A DNA stretch of 64,000 nt. It comes from an uncultured Rickettsiales bacterium. Its GTDB lineage: Bacteria; Myxococcota_A; UBA796; UBA9615; CAYRNR01. The notes below the pieces were generated by a model. The model did no database searches, was not told the DNA's origin, and saw only the letters and a list, made by a program, of their open reading frames with translations. Each line of letters opens with the position of its first letter. Position 1 is the first letter of the stretch. Position numbers and translations under genes: made by a program. The stretch covers positions 10,968 to 74,967 of the forward strand of contig CAZLEO010000005.1 of NCBI GenBank assembly GCA_964558555.1, read 5' to 3'. Below, one piece after another: positions 63,917-64,000 of this stretch.

Positions 63917-64000
63917 GTCGTGGTCCTCGTAGGGAAGTGCATCGCGTACGCTACTCCGGTACGCTCTCGTTCTCCACCTCGGGCACAGGGGACACCCCTG

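Overview
This window reads as chromosomal DNA from a high-GC (~70%) Myxococcota-like genome. The main evidence for that is two secreted proteases ending in MYXO-CTERM-like tails, Cys-rich 'putative metal-binding' repeats, FG-GAP repeats, and many lipoproteins carrying poly-Asp linkers after the lipobox Cys. I found no rRNA, tRNA, CRISPR array or transposase.

From 1 to about 24 kb the genes are ordinary housekeeping and secreted-enzyme genes: a LysR regulator divergent from an ArsM-like methyltransferase, a giant fused acyl-CoA-dehydratase-activase-like protein, murJ, a TetR regulator, a metalloprotease, a C25-like peptidase, a penicillin-acylase-family lipoprotein and a beta-propeller lipoprotein.

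From about 24 to 30.4 kb there is a candidate undescribed module. A WYL-type regulator carrying a perfect palindromic operator is divergent from an operon encoding a tandem AAA+ ATPase, then a truncated DnaE-like PHP polymerase whose palm-motif aspartates appear substituted, then a small protein.

From about 30 to 49 kb there is a mix of peptidases (M28 with an in-frame TGA, M55), an SDR, a hybrid histidine kinase, a DTW/CPCC/paralogous-membrane-protein operon, an EamA transporter and an FG-GAP lipoprotein.

From about 49 to 64 kb the GC is patchier and the content looks like a conflict or defense island. It holds an ORC/Cdc6-like ATPase with a tandem 12-nt repeat upstream, and a second WYL regulator divergent from a SWIM–MoxR–VWA (HExxH metallopeptidase-like) ternary system. 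It also holds a second translationally coupled MoxR–unknown–VWA system, a histidine phosphatase and a Fic protein.

Many long ORFs in the supplied track are antisense artefacts of high GC and are not reported. All calls rest on motif and pattern recognition by eye; no searches were run.
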